A stretch of DNA of 64,000 nt from Candidatus Latescibacterota bacterium (lineage in GTDB: Bacteria > Krumholzibacteriota > Krumholzibacteriia > G020349025). Below the pieces are notes generated by a model, which saw nothing but the letters and a program-made list of their open reading frames with translations, had not been told where the DNA came from and did not search any database. The translations under genes and the position numbers were made by a program. Numbering within the stretch: the first letter of the stretch is position 1; each line of letters begins with the position of its first letter. The stretch is taken from the NCBI GenBank assembly GCA_020349025.1, contig CP070763.1:2377673-2441672 (forward strand). Direction: 5' to 3'. This document shows positions 8,969 through 18,759 of this stretch, piece by piece.

Positions 8969-10585
8969 TCAACGCCGACGGACGACGCGGCGCAGGAGCT
9001 GCACCACCTGACGCGTCTCGTGCAGACGCAGCAGGTGCGCGAGTCCGAAGTAGAGGAGGATGCCGAGCAGGATTGGTGGCAGCGTCACGAGCAGGTCGGC
9101 TGTGACGCTGTCGCTGCCGAAGCGCTGCTCGAGCGCCCGTGCGACGAGGCGACAGACGATTGCCATCGGCAGAGCGGCCGCGGCGACACGCACAACCTGC
9201 CACGCGAGGTCTCGGCCATCGAGGCTGCCGTAGCGCTGCACGAACAGGAGGTAGAGCATGCCGGCGTTCACCAGCGCTCCGATCGAGGTGCCGAGCGCCA
9301 GACCCGGCGCGCCCAGACGCCGGTAGAGAAGCAGATTGGCGACGACGTTGCAGACGACGGCGGCGATGCTGGCGAAGAGCGGAACGCGCGGCGCGTGCAG
9401 TGCGTAGAACGCCGGAGCCATGACCTTGACGCCGGCGTACGCCACCAGACCGATGGCGTAGAGCGAGAGCACTTCGGCGGTGCGAGCGGTGTCGTACGCG
9501 CTGAAACGACCGTGCTCGTACAGCAGGCCGATGATCGGCTCGCGCAGTGCCACCAGACCGGCGGTGGCCGGAAGCGTGAGGAAGGCGACGAGCTTGAGCG
9601 AAGCGGCCAGGGTGGCGCGGAAGGCATCGTGATCCTCGGCGGCGGCGTGACGACTCACCGCGGCCAGGTTCACGGTGGCCACGGCCACACCGAAGACTCC
9701 GATCGGAAGCTGCATGAGACGGAAGGCATAGTTGATCCACGAGGGGCTTCCCTGCTCGAGCTGGCTCGCCAGGATGTTGTTGATCAGGATGTTCAACTGC
9801 GTCGCCGAGAGGCCGATCACAGCCGGTGCCATCAGGCGCATGATCTGGCGCAGCTGCGGGTCGTCGAAATGCGGGTGAAAGCGTGGTCGGTATCTCCATC
9901 CGCTCGCTCGCAGGGGCAGGATTTGCACCCCCATCTGCAGCAGCCCGCCGAGGAGCACGGCGAGCGCCCACGCGATGACGGCAGCGCGCCCGTCGACGCC
10001 TGCCCACAACAACGACAGACCGACGACGATCGCGGCGGCGTTGAAGAGCGCGGGCGCAACGGCAGGCACGAAGAAGCGTTGCTGGGCGTTGAGCATGCCC
10101 ATGAAGACGGCGGCCAACGCGACCATGGGGAGAAAGGGAAGGAGGACGCGCGTGAGCGTCGCCGTCAGATCGAGCTTACCGGGCGTGTCTGCGAACCCGG
10201 GCGCGATCAGGTAGACGATCGGATCGGCGAACAGCCAACCGACGAGAACGACGGCCGCAGTGACAAACAGAAGTGTCGTCAGAACGAGATTGCCGAGCGC
10301 GAACGCTTGGCGCTGCCCGCGTTGAACCAGCGTCGTCGTGAAGGTGGGAACGAACGCGGTCGAGAGCGCTCCTTCGGCCAGAAGATCGCGCAGCAAGTTG
10401 GGAACCCGAAAAGCGACGACGAAGGCGTCGCTGTAGAAGCCGGCCCCGAGCAAGGCGGCGAACAACTGCTCGCGGACGAGGCCGCCGATCCGCGACAGAG
10501 AGGTGGCCACGCTGACCAGCGTGGCCGAGCCAAGCAAGCTGCGCGGCTTGGAGCCCGTTGCGCTCGCGGCATCTCGACCCGACAC
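8969..10585 (-). CDS. murJ: Lipid II flippase MurJ (MviN).
   Basis: N-terminal GLVREQLFAALLGAGFYSDAFVVAFRVPNLLRDLLAEGALSTAFVP is a near-consensus MurJ signature. The protein is polytopic with about 14 TM segments and 538 aa. Confidence 0.9.
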   Translation of the reverse strand: MSGRDAASATGSKPRSLLGSATLVSVATSLSRIGGLVREQLFAALLGAGFYSDAFVVAFRVPNLLRDLLAEGALSTAFVPTFTTTLVQRGQRQAFALGNLVLTTLLFVTAAVVLVGWLFADPIVYLIAPGFADTPGKLDLTATLTRVLLPFLPMVALAAVFMGMLNAQQRFFVPAVAPALFNAAAIVVGLSLLWAGVDGRAAVIAWALAVLLGGLLQMGVQILPLRASGWRYRPRFHPHFDDPQLRQIMRLMAPAVIGLSATQLNILINNILASQLEQGSPSWINYAFRLMQLPIGVFGVAVATVNLAAVSRHAAAEDHDAFRATLAASLKLVAFLTLPATAGLVALREPIIGLLYEHGRFSAYDTARTAEVLSLYAIGLVAYAGVKVMAPAFYALHAPRVPLFASIAAVVCNVVANLLLYRRLGAPGLALGTSIGALVNAGMLYLLFVQRYGSLDGRDLAWQVVRVAAAALPMAIVCRLVARALEQRFGSDSVTADLLVTLPPILLGILLYFGLAHLLRLHETRQVVQLLRRVVRRR

Positions 10586-10819
10586 CCGCAGAACCCCTTC
10601 ACGAGAAGCACGCGACCGGCGCTTCTGGCCCCAACCGATCCACCCAGACCCATCGGCATTCTAGGCATCACCCTGCCCGACTGAGAAGCTCTGGATCGGT
10701 TGATCGCCCCCAGGGTTTGGGCTAATGTCCGAAAGGATCCCCTGGAGGCATGCGTGACCACACCCAAGTCTTCGACTGCGCCCGCCTTGGAGCCCGACAC
10801 CACGGAGACGCGGGATCGC

Positions 10820-11977
10820 ATGTGGGCCTTGGTCGTCGACGCGACGACGTGGGACCAGGGGCGTGGCTTCCGCAGAACCCGCGTGGCTCCACCACGCCTG
10901 GATGAGAAGAGCGCACCTCAGGACGCCGTGCACGTGATCGTCCAGGTGCTCTACGCCGGCGTCTGCGGCACCGACCGCGGGATCTACGAACGCACCAGCC
11001 TGGGTGAGACGATCCTGCGCTCCCTTGCCGAAGAGGGGAAGAGCGAGCGCATCGTCGGGCACGAGCTGGTCGGACGCGTCGTGGAGGTCGGGTCCGACGT
11101 GCCGGTCGAGTTCGGATTCCGAGCGGGCGACATCGTTTCCACCGAATCACACATCTTCTGCGGGCGCTGTTACCAGTGCAGGCTCGGACAGCAGCACATC
11201 TGCAGCGACGATCGCATCATCGGCGTCTCCCGCGACGGGGGGTTCGCCGAGTACATCAAGCTTCCTGCGCGCGTTCTCTGGTCGACCAACACAGAACGGA
11301 TCGCGCTCGAGGTGGCGGCGATCCAGGAACCGTTCGGAAACGCCGTGCACACCTGCACACGCGTGGATCTGCGTGGCAAGACGGTTGGCATCTTCGGCTG
11401 CGGCACGATCGGGTTGTTTGCGGCGATGATCGCCAGAACGCTCGGCGCCGCACACGTCATCGGCATCGAGCCGGAGAAGGAACGCCGCGCCCTGGCACGG
11501 GCGGCCGGCGCCGATCTCGTCCTCCCGGTGCATCGCCGCGAAACACGCGAGCCGAGCCCGGATCCCGAAGTCGTCCGCCAGCTGCACGACGAGACGAGCG
11601 GTGTGGGCTTGGACGTGGCGCTGGAGATGTCGGGCTTCAACAGCTCCCTCAACAACGCCATCGCTTCCACGCGGCGGGGTGGCGAAGTGGTGCTGTTTGG
11701 GCTGCACTCTGGAGACTTCACCATCCACAAGTACGAGAGCGTGATCCTCAAGGGGCTCACCCTCTACAGTGTCATCGGCCGCGAGCTCTTTCGCACGTGG
11801 ACCTTCACGCAACGCCTGCTGGAAGACCGCGCCAACGGCATCCAGGACAAGATCCTCGGCCTCGTATTGCAGCACGGCGAAGGCACGATTCTCGACATCC
11901 GCGACTTCGAGGCGGACACCTTCGAGAGAATGATGCGCGATCACCCCAAGATCCTGCTGCGCTTCGCCTCGTTGTGA
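10820..11977 (+). CDS. tdh: L-threonine 3-dehydrogenase (Zn-dependent MDR family).
   Basis: Motifs GVCGTDRGIY, GHELVGRVVEVG, CGRCYQCRLGQQHIC, EPFGNAVHT, GLEMSG and ETW all align to E. coli Tdh. The start is taken at ATG 10820 (MWALVVD). The longer ORF-track start is unlikely. Confidence 0.85.
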   Translation: MWALVVDATTWDQGRGFRRTRVAPPRLDEKSAPQDAVHVIVQVLYAGVCGTDRGIYERTSLGETILRSLAEEGKSERIVGHELVGRVVEVGSDVPVEFGFRAGDIVSTESHIFCGRCYQCRLGQQHICSDDRIIGVSRDGGFAEYIKLPARVLWSTNTERIALEVAAIQEPFGNAVHTCTRVDLRGKTVGIFGCGTIGLFAAMIARTLGAAHVIGIEPEKERRALARAAGADLVLPVHRRETREPSPDPEVVRQLHDETSGVGLDVALEMSGFNSSLNNAIASTRRGGEVVLFGLHSGDFTIHKYESVILKGLTLYSVIGRELFRTWTFTQRLLEDRANGIQDKILGLVLQHGEGTILDIRDFEADTFERMMRDHPKILLRFASL

Positions 11978-12055
11978 CGTGCCGGCATGCGATGGTGTCG
12001 AGCGGCGCCCGCGGCGAGGCGTCACCTGTTCGAGGCAGCAGCCAAAGGAGTCGTC

Positions 12056-13240
12056 ATGTATGGAGCGGTGGAGGAGAGTCTGCGCGATTCACTGCGCGAG
12101 ATTCGTGACGCAGGTCTCTTCAAGGATGAACGCGTGCTGCACTCGCCCCAAGGAGCGGTCATCCAGGTCAAGGCACGCGACGTTCTCAACTTCTGCGCCA
12201 ACAACTACCTGGGACTCGCCAATCACCCGCAGATCGTTGCCGCCGCGCGCCGCGCGCTCGACACGCACGGCTACGGCTTGTCATCGGTACGCTTCATCTG
12301 CGGCACGCAGGATCTCCACAAGCAGCTCGAGGAGCGCGTCGCTGCCTTTCTCGGGATGGACGACGCCATCCTCTACACCTCCTGCTTCGACGCCAACGGC
12401 GGTCTCTTCGAGACCCTTCTCGGACCCGAAGACGCCGTCATCTCCGACGAGCTGAACCACGCCAGCATCATCGACGGCGTGCGCCTGTGCAAGGCGGAGC
12501 GCCAGCGCTACAAGCACGCCGACATGGCGGATCTGGAGCGCACGCTGCAGGGAAGTCGCTCGCGTCGCCGGCGTCTCGTGGCCACCGACGGGGTCTTCAG
12601 CATGGATGGGAACATCGCACCACTGCGGGAGATCTGCGACCTGGCGGAGCGCTACGACGCCATGGTCATGGTGGACGATTCGCACGCGACCGGCTTCGTC
12701 GGCCGCACCGGCCGCGGCACACCGGAACACTGCGGGGTGCAGGGGCGTGTCGACGTCGTCACCTCCACGCTCGGCAAGGCTCTCGGCGGAGCGACGGGCG
12801 GCTTCACCGCGGCTCGCCAGGAGATCGTCGACCTGTTGCGCCAACGTTCGCGGCCCTATCTGTTCTCGAACAGCGTGCCGCCCGTCGTCGTGGCTGCCGG
12901 CATTCGCGCCTTCGATCTCCTCTCGGAGACGACATCGCTGCGCGACAAGCTGGAGAGGAGCACGCGCTACTTCCGTGAGCAGATGACGCAAGCCGGTTTC
13001 GACATCAAGCCCGGGGTGCATCCCATCGTGCCGATCATGCTTGGCGACGCCAAGCTCGCCCACGACGTGGCCAACGAACTGCTCGAGCAGGGGATCTACG
13101 TCATTGGCTTCAGCTACCCCGTGGTGCCGAAGGGGCAGGCGCGCATTCGCGTGCAGATCTCGGCGGCGCACGAGCAGGAGCATCTCGACCGCGCCGTCGA
13201 AGCCTTTACGCACGTCGGACGCAAATACGAGGTCGTGTAG
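12056..13240 (+). CDS. kbl: Glycine C-acetyltransferase (2-amino-3-ketobutyrate CoA ligase).
   Basis: The N-terminus [28 protein letters not shown] matches Kbl. PLP class-II aminotransferase motifs are present ([28 protein letters not shown]). It lies immediately downstream of tdh, the classic tdh-kbl pair. Confidence 0.9.
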   Translation: MYGAVEESLRDSLREIRDAGLFKDERVLHSPQGAVIQVKARDVLNFCANNYLGLANHPQIVAAARRALDTHGYGLSSVRFICGTQDLHKQLEERVAAFLGMDDAILYTSCFDANGGLFETLLGPEDAVISDELNHASIIDGVRLCKAERQRYKHADMADLERTLQGSRSRRRRLVATDGVFSMDGNIAPLREICDLAERYDAMVMVDDSHATGFVGRTGRGTPEHCGVQGRVDVVTSTLGKALGGATGGFTAARQEIVDLLRQRSRPYLFSNSVPPVVVAAGIRAFDLLSETTSLRDKLERSTRYFREQMTQAGFDIKPGVHPIVPIMLGDAKLAHDVANELLEQGIYVIGFSYPVVPKGQARIRVQISAAHEQEHLDRAVEAFTHVGRKYEVV

Positions 13241-13249
13241 TGGCGTGGA

Positions 13250-16180
13250 TCAGTAGTCGAAGCCGATCGAGAAGAAGGTGCGCCAGTCGTTCTTCACGAT
13301 GACGTTCTCGAGCTCCGGCTCCACCTTCAGAGGCAACGCAGCATCGAAGCGCAGCGGCAGGCCGATGAAGCCGCGCACGCCGAAACCCACGGCCGTATTG
13401 ATACGCTCGGCGTCGAAACCCGTGGTCTCGAACCACGTCGTCGCGGCGTCGAAGAAGATCACACCGCGAATGAGCTCCGTGCTCGGGAAGATCGGGAAGC
13501 GCGCTTCGATGTTGGCGATCGCCGTGCGCGTGCCGATAAGCTCCGAGAAATCGGCTCCACGGTAGGTCTCCGGTCCGCCGATCCGGAGCAGCTGCTGGTT
13601 GCGTCCCCAGGAGGCTGCAGTCAGCAGGCGCACCGCGAGTGCGCCTCGCCGATGGACGTTGTAGTAGCGCCGCCAGTCGAGCAAGGCGAACTGGTACTCC
13701 ACCTGCCCGAAGGCGTTGTAGAACTCCGCCCGCCAGCGCCCGCCCGCGATCGGCGTGAAGCCGGAGTAGGAGGTGTTGTCCTGCACCAACGCCAGGCCCG
13801 GAATCGCGTACCAGAAGCGACGATTCAACGTCTCCTCCTGCACCGCGAGCGAGTCGATTCCCTGAGTGCGGAGCACGAAGTGGGACTCGTTCTCGGTGCG
13901 CACGTCCATGAGGAACTCGATGCGCCGGAAACGATTGAACGGGTAGTAGAGCTGCATGCCGAAGCCGCGCCGGATCGTCGACTCGAGGCGATTGCTGCTG
14001 GGATCCGTGATCACCAGGTAGTCGTCCCGGTACTGGTAGCCCGCCATGCCCCACTGCCAGCGCCCGCCGAGGTTGGCGTACTGCAGCAGGAACTCCGACT
14101 GGTCGAAGTCGGTGCGCAGGTTCCCGGCAATGAGCAGGTAGTGGTTTCCCAGCATGTCGCCGAGAAGCAGCTGCCCCGAGCCCGCGGCTCCCGCGTTGCC
14201 GATGTAGAGCGCGCCCACGACCGCGTACTCCGGCGTCAGGCGCGTGCGGTACTTGCGCTCCTCGGAGCTGATGAATAGATCGGCGTCCGCGTGGATGTCC
14301 GGCGGATGCGAACGCGTCAGCTGCATGCGCTCCTCGTCCGGTTCCCCCAGCAGATCCTCCGGGAAGCCGTCGGTGCGGTAGATGTGCCAGCCGCCGTTCA
14401 GGAACACCGAGTAGAAGATCTCGTTCGATTTCGACCACGACAGGGCCGGCCCGGTGGGCACGATCCCGATGACGCCGGAGAGGAAGCGGGTGCGCTGGCG
14501 CACCTCGCCGCTGGCGAGGTCGTACGTGTAGACCTGGTACGTGCCGATGCGATCGGAGACGAACGCGACGGCGTCGCCGGTCGGGCTCCACACCGGGGCG
14601 AAATCGTCCGACGGCGTGTCGATCACCTGGACGACGCTGCCGCCCAGGATGTCGCCGTCGACGAGACGCAGCTTCATGCGCGCAATGTTCCAGGGGCCGA
14701 ACACGAGGTGCTGCAGATCCGTTTCGGCGCCGCGGTCGGTGGCGAAGATGATCTCGTCCCCGGCGGGGGAGAAGCGCGGTGTGCGCTCCGCGTAGGCGTC
14801 GTCGGTCAGGCGTACGAGCCGTTCCGTCTCCACGTCGACCGCGAAGAGATCCTCTTCGCCCCCCTTGAGCGAGGAGAACACGATCCAGCGCCCGTCCGGG
14901 GAGAAGGAGGGGTTGGCGATCGTGAGCAGCTCCGGCTTGAGCGTGCGCACGATGCGGCGCCGCCGGTAGTTCATGATCTGCAGAACGTCTCGACCCTGCT
15001 GCGTGGCGACGAACACGATGTGCGTGCCATCGGCCGACCAGTCCGCCGAGGCGGAAACGAGGGGCAAGCCTTCGAGATCCGGCGTCTTCTGCCCCGTCAC
15101 CATGGGGCGGGAGCGCCAGCCACGCTTGGTGCGCTCTGCCACGAAGAGCTCGTTGTGGAAGCCCGTCGACGAGTAGTAGAGGATCCGCGAGCCGTCGGGA
15201 GCTGCGACCGGCGCGAGGTGGAACGAGCGTCCATACCCGCGCCCCTTCAGCACCGCCTCCACACCCGGGATGGAGTCGGGGTCCATTAGATCGGCACTCA
15301 ATACGGCCGTGAGGCTCTCCGCGTAGGCACGCCACAGCTGCTCGAGCGATTGCCCCTCGGCGCTGTCCGACGCAAAGACGGGCGGCGGTCCCTCTGACGC
15401 CGCGGTCATCGTCGCAGCCGGGGGTGGCTCGCGCACGGTGCCGAGCGAGTCGGAGTCGATGGCACGCTCGCGGCGGCTGCGCGGCTTCAGAATGCGACGC
15501 ACCCGCTCGGGGCCGAGGCTGCGACCGATGACTTCGTAGAGCGCCTGCCCCATGCGGTAGACGCGGATGTCCTGGACGCTGGCGAGACCCTGCACGGAGG
15601 GGATCTTGTCGCGCAGCTGCGCATCCATCACCCACATCGTCGTGATCGGGTCGACTCCGTTGCTCACCCACTCCGCCATTCCCTCCATCATCCAGAGCGG
15701 CAGCCCGCGGCCGCCCACCTGGCCGATGAAGGAGCGTTTCATCAGGTCGAACTGGAAGGCGTGCACGAGCTCGTGCACCAGCACGTGATTGAGCTCGGCG
15801 TAGGAGCCGGTGAGCGGAAGCGTCACGCGGCCCTTCAGCGACTCGGTGACACCCCCGGTCGATTCGCCGATGAAGCCGCCGATAACGTTCGACTGCTCGA
15901 AGTCCTGGTGGGTCGAGTAGAGGATCACCGGGATCTTGTCCTCGAACTCGTGCTGGAAGAACTCCGCCAGGTATTCGTAGCCGCGCTCCGCCATGCGCGC
16001 CGCCTCGTGCGCGGCGGCGCTCTCCTGCGTGTAGTAGTGGATGAGGAAATGGTCGGTCTCGAGCACGCGCCAGTCGAAGCTGCGGTACTGCACCTTGTTC
16101 TGGCCGAACTGGGCAGCAGCGGGCGCGGCCAGTGCCGCCAGGAGGAGCGGCAGTGCCTGGAGGATTCTCAGGGTTCGCAC
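13250..16180 (-). CDS. Outer-membrane Omp85/BamA-family beta-barrel protein. Its periplasmic part is an MA-type zinc-metallopeptidase-like domain plus a TolB/PD40-like beta-propeller.
   Basis: A GTG start at 16180 gives the signal peptide VRTLRILQALPLLLAALAAPAAAQ, with GGAGAGG upstream. The ORF-track start 16528 is too far upstream. HELVHAFQ (HExxH) with a downstream MEGMAEW Glu marks the peptidase-like domain. Multiple PD40-like repeats follow (DGxxIVF..., SPDGRWIVFSS, SPTGDAVAFVSDR). The C-terminal barrel carries the Omp85 loop-6 VRGF motif, then GLPLRFDAALPL, and ends in an aromatic residue (SIGFDY). Confidence 0.7.
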   Translation of the reverse strand: MRTLRILQALPLLLAALAAPAAAQFGQNKVQYRSFDWRVLETDHFLIHYYTQESAAAHEAARMAERGYEYLAEFFQHEFEDKIPVILYSTHQDFEQSNVIGGFIGESTGGVTESLKGRVTLPLTGSYAELNHVLVHELVHAFQFDLMKRSFIGQVGGRGLPLWMMEGMAEWVSNGVDPITTMWVMDAQLRDKIPSVQGLASVQDIRVYRMGQALYEVIGRSLGPERVRRILKPRSRRERAIDSDSLGTVREPPPAATMTAASEGPPPVFASDSAEGQSLEQLWRAYAESLTAVLSADLMDPDSIPGVEAVLKGRGYGRSFHLAPVAAPDGSRILYYSSTGFHNELFVAERTKRGWRSRPMVTGQKTPDLEGLPLVSASADWSADGTHIVFVATQQGRDVLQIMNYRRRRIVRTLKPELLTIANPSFSPDGRWIVFSSLKGGEEDLFAVDVETERLVRLTDDAYAERTPRFSPAGDEIIFATDRGAETDLQHLVFGPWNIARMKLRLVDGDILGGSVVQVIDTPSDDFAPVWSPTGDAVAFVSDRIGTYQVYTYDLASGEVRQRTRFLSGVIGIVPTGPALSWSKSNEIFYSVFLNGGWHIYRTDGFPEDLLGEPDEERMQLTRSHPPDIHADADLFISSEERKYRTRLTPEYAVVGALYIGNAGAAGSGQLLLGDMLGNHYLLIAGNLRTDFDQSEFLLQYANLGGRWQWGMAGYQYRDDYLVITDPSSNRLESTIRRGFGMQLYYPFNRFRRIEFLMDVRTENESHFVLRTQGIDSLAVQEETLNRRFWYAIPGLALVQDNTSYSGFTPIAGGRWRAEFYNAFGQVEYQFALLDWRRYYNVHRRGALAVRLLTAASWGRNQQLLRIGGPETYRGADFSELIGTRTAIANIEARFPIFPSTELIRGVIFFDAATTWFETTGFDAERINTAVGFGVRGFIGLPLRFDAALPLKVEPELENVIVKNDWRTFFSIGFDY

Positions 16181-16490
16181 CGGATTCCTCTCCCGCTGAA
16201 CAGTTGGATGTCGGAGCCACAGGGGAAGCCTGGAATCGGCCGGCTCGAGGTCCTGTCGGTCCCAGTCGGTGCGGTGCATGCCCTCGAGTTGGGCGTCTGT
16301 CAAAGATACACCGAAGCCAGCTGATTTCCAAACATCACAAGCTCTTGGGCCGGCGTCGATTCCCGCCCCATCCGGGGTTTCGTCGTGCGACCCGAATCGT
16401 TCGGTGCGGCGCAATTCGGGTGCCCATCTGCGTGCATCCTCCCCCCGGAGTGATCCGGAATGATTCCGAAAAATGCTTGTCCGAGCGCCG

Positions 16491-16976
16491 TCACGCGTCC
16501 ACCTCGGACTCTGCGCCCGAACCATCATACTCCGCGCTCAGATCTTCCGATTCGTGGATGCGGACGCGCTCCAGCTTGCCCTCGAGGAGCGCTGCGAGCC
16601 GCTCCCACACGAACAGAGCGAGGTTTTCCGACGTGGGCAGCCGGCGCCTGAACCATTCCAGCTCGACGTTGAGGTTGCGGTGATCCAGGGGCTCGAGAAC
16701 TCTCTCCTCGACCATCTGGTCGAGGTCGCGCAGATCGATCAGCATGCCGGTGTCTGGATGTGTCGGCCCGCGAAGCGTGACCTCGACCCGGTAGTTGTGG
16801 CCGTGTCCGTGGCGGTTGGCGCACTTGCCGAAGCGGCGCCGGTTCTCGCTCTCGGAGAGGGCCGGGTCGTAGTAGAAATGCGCCGCCGTGAAGCGGTAGT
16901 GGCGGGTGACGCGGACGAGGGGAAGCTCCAAGAGCGCTCCTTTGGTGTTGGTTCGCGGCGGGCTCCTCCTACCCAC
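16491..16976 (-). CDS. queD: 6-carboxy-5,6,7,8-tetrahydropterin synthase / 6-pyruvoyl-tetrahydropterin synthase family protein.
   Basis: The zinc-site motif CANRHGHGHNY (CxxxHGH) and RFTAAHFY are present. The size fits at ~160 aa. The exact start is uncertain. Confidence 0.7.
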   Translation of the reverse strand: MGRRSPPRTNTKGALLELPLVRVTRHYRFTAAHFYYDPALSESENRRRFGKCANRHGHGHNYRVEVTLRGPTHPDTGMLIDLRDLDQMVEERVLEPLDHRNLNVELEWFRRRLPTSENLALFVWERLAALLEGKLERVRIHESEDLSAEYDGSGAESEVDA

Positions 16977-17071
16977 GGTAGAGTCTGCCGCCGAGCCTCG
17001 TCCAGGGGGTGGCCGCGGCGATGCGTGCTACACTCGCCGGCGCCCCGGATCGACGGAGTCCACCAAACCGC

Positions 17072-18022
17072 ATGAGCTATCGCGACTACTGGAAACGCAA
17101 CTGGATCGAGACGCTCCGACGCGTCTGGTCCGAGATGCTCCTCGACGATTGCTTCGGGGCCTCGGCGCAGCTCGCGTACTACTTCCTCCTCGCTTTCTTC
17201 CCCTTCGTCATGTTTCTCGTCGCGCTCGTGGCGTATCTACCTCTGGAGGACTGGCTGTCGCGCAAGATCGACGTGCTCGGGCAGATGGAGATCCTCGGCA
17301 CGGTTATGCCGCCGCAGGCCATGGAGCTCGTCCGTCGCACGGCGGACGGCCTCAGCCAGCGCAATACGGGCGCGCTCTCGATCTCCGCACTCGGCGCGCT
17401 CGTCGTGGCCTCGAACGGGATGCGCGCCGTCATGGTGACGCTGAATCGGGCCTACAGCGTGCGCGAGGGACGGCCGCTCTGGTATCGCTACGTCCTCGCG
17501 GTCCTGCTGACGCTGGCGCTGGTGGTGACGGTGATCGTGGCTGCGGTGCTCCTGTCACTCTCAGAGGAGATCGGCGAGCGCATCGCCGTCAGCGCCGGCG
17601 CGGCGGCCGCGACCTCCTGGCGCGTCGCGAGCCAGGTGGCCGGTCTCGGATCGCTCCTGTTCATCACCGAGCTCATCTACCACGTCGCCCCGAACGTGCG
17701 GCGACCTTGGCACTGGATCACGCCGGGATCGATCGTGGCGGTGCTTCTCTGGCTACTCGGCATCCAGATGTTCACGGCGTACGTGTCGCGATTCGGGCGC
17801 TACGAGGTCATGTACGCCGGTCTCGGCGCGGTGGTGGTGTTTCTGCTCTGGCTCTACATCGCCGGCCTCTCGCTCCTGGTCGGAGGCGAGCTGAACGCGG
17901 AGCTCGAGCGCTCGACCGGGCTGATCCCGCAGGCGCGGGCCAAAGCGCCACGATCGGTGGACGCCGCGGGGCACGATCGCTCGGTGCGCGACACCCTTCC
18001 TCGGGCACCCGCCAGCAGGTGA
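17072..18022 (+). CDS. YihY/BrkB (virulence factor BrkB / RNase BN-like) family inner-membrane protein.
   Basis: GASAQLAYYFLLAFFPFVMFLVAL is the family's diagnostic N-terminal TM region. There are six predicted TM helices. The start is taken at ATG 17072 (MSYRDYW). Confidence 0.75.
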   Translation: MSYRDYWKRNWIETLRRVWSEMLLDDCFGASAQLAYYFLLAFFPFVMFLVALVAYLPLEDWLSRKIDVLGQMEILGTVMPPQAMELVRRTADGLSQRNTGALSISALGALVVASNGMRAVMVTLNRAYSVREGRPLWYRYVLAVLLTLALVVTVIVAAVLLSLSEEIGERIAVSAGAAAATSWRVASQVAGLGSLLFITELIYHVAPNVRRPWHWITPGSIVAVLLWLLGIQMFTAYVSRFGRYEVMYAGLGAVVVFLLWLYIAGLSLLVGGELNAELERSTGLIPQARAKAPRSVDAAGHDRSVRDTLPRAPASR

Positions 18023-18274
18023 TTCCCGCAGGGGGGCGTCGGGCTGGGTGGCGTCTGGAGGCCTCGCTCCCGAAGCGCATCTCCGCCGCCTGTGCTTGCT
18101 GGAAGCGGGGCTGATGTTTATGATGCCGCTCGGCGCGAGCCCCTGCGCGGTGCGACGCACGTGGAGCAATGAGTTTCTCTTGGCTCGATCCACGGCCGAA
18201 GCGCGCTCCCCGGGCCGCCTCGTGACCAGCTGGGCCTGTGTGGCCCGAACAGGAGTTCCCGAAGGAGGGGGACG

Positions 18275-18634
18275 ATGACACACGTCGTGACCGAGCGCTG
18301 CGTCGATTGCCGCTACGTGGACTGCGCCCGGGTCTGTCCTGTGGATTGTTTCTACGTCACCCAGGACCCGGCCATGCTGGTGATCAGTCCCGACGAGTGC
18401 ATCGACTGCAAGGCTTGCATCCCGGAGTGCCCCGTCCACGCCATCTGGCCGGACGACGAGTTGCCCGACGTCTACTCCGACTGGCTGGAGAAGAACGAAG
18501 AACTCGCGGCGCAGGGGGAGCAGATCACGAGCGATACGGACTTGGAGAAGTTGCCCACGGCGATCACGTTGGAGCAGGTCCAGGAGCGGGAGCGCGAGCG
18601 CGGTTGGGAGGTTCCCGAACCGTCGGACGCGTGA
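18275..18634 (+). CDS. fdxA: 7Fe ferredoxin (Azotobacter FdxA type, [3Fe-4S][4Fe-4S]).
   Basis: MTHVVTERCVDCRYVDCARVCPVDCFY...DECIDCKACIPECP aligns residue-for-residue with the FdxA cysteine pattern. GAAGGAGGG lies 6 nt upstream of ATG. Confidence 0.85.
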   Translation: MTHVVTERCVDCRYVDCARVCPVDCFYVTQDPAMLVISPDECIDCKACIPECPVHAIWPDDELPDVYSDWLEKNEELAAQGEQITSDTDLEKLPTAITLEQVQERERERGWEVPEPSDA

Positions 18635-18699
18635 GCCGGAGAGCGCGGGTCGACGCGCGGCTGTTGGCGTCGACCCGTATCGCCGCCGAGCGAGAGCAG

Positions 18700-18736
18700 A
18701 ACGGATGGTGCGCGCACCATCCGTTTTGTCGTTTCC
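18700..18736 (+). terminator. Putative intrinsic terminator downstream of fdxA.
   Basis: AACGGATGGTG-CGCG-CACCATCCGTT is an 11-bp perfect stem with a 4-nt loop. It is followed by TTGTCGTTTCC, which is T-rich for this genome. A second perfect 10-bp hairpin, GGGTCGACGC...GCGTCGACCC, lies at 18647-18676. Confidence 0.5.
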
Positions 18737-18759
18737 GACCCGCATGCTAATGTCTTGCG

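Noticed and set aside
8741-10684. 647-aa plus-strand ORF.
   Set aside because: It lies entirely antisense to the well-supported murJ gene. Its low-complexity R/E/D/G-rich translation is typical of GC-rich shadow ORFs.
13206-16331. 1041-aa minus-strand ORF.
   Set aside because: It is an alternative frame of the same strand as the real Omp85-fusion gene (13250-16180). The translation is Arg/Pro/Gly-rich and has no motifs.
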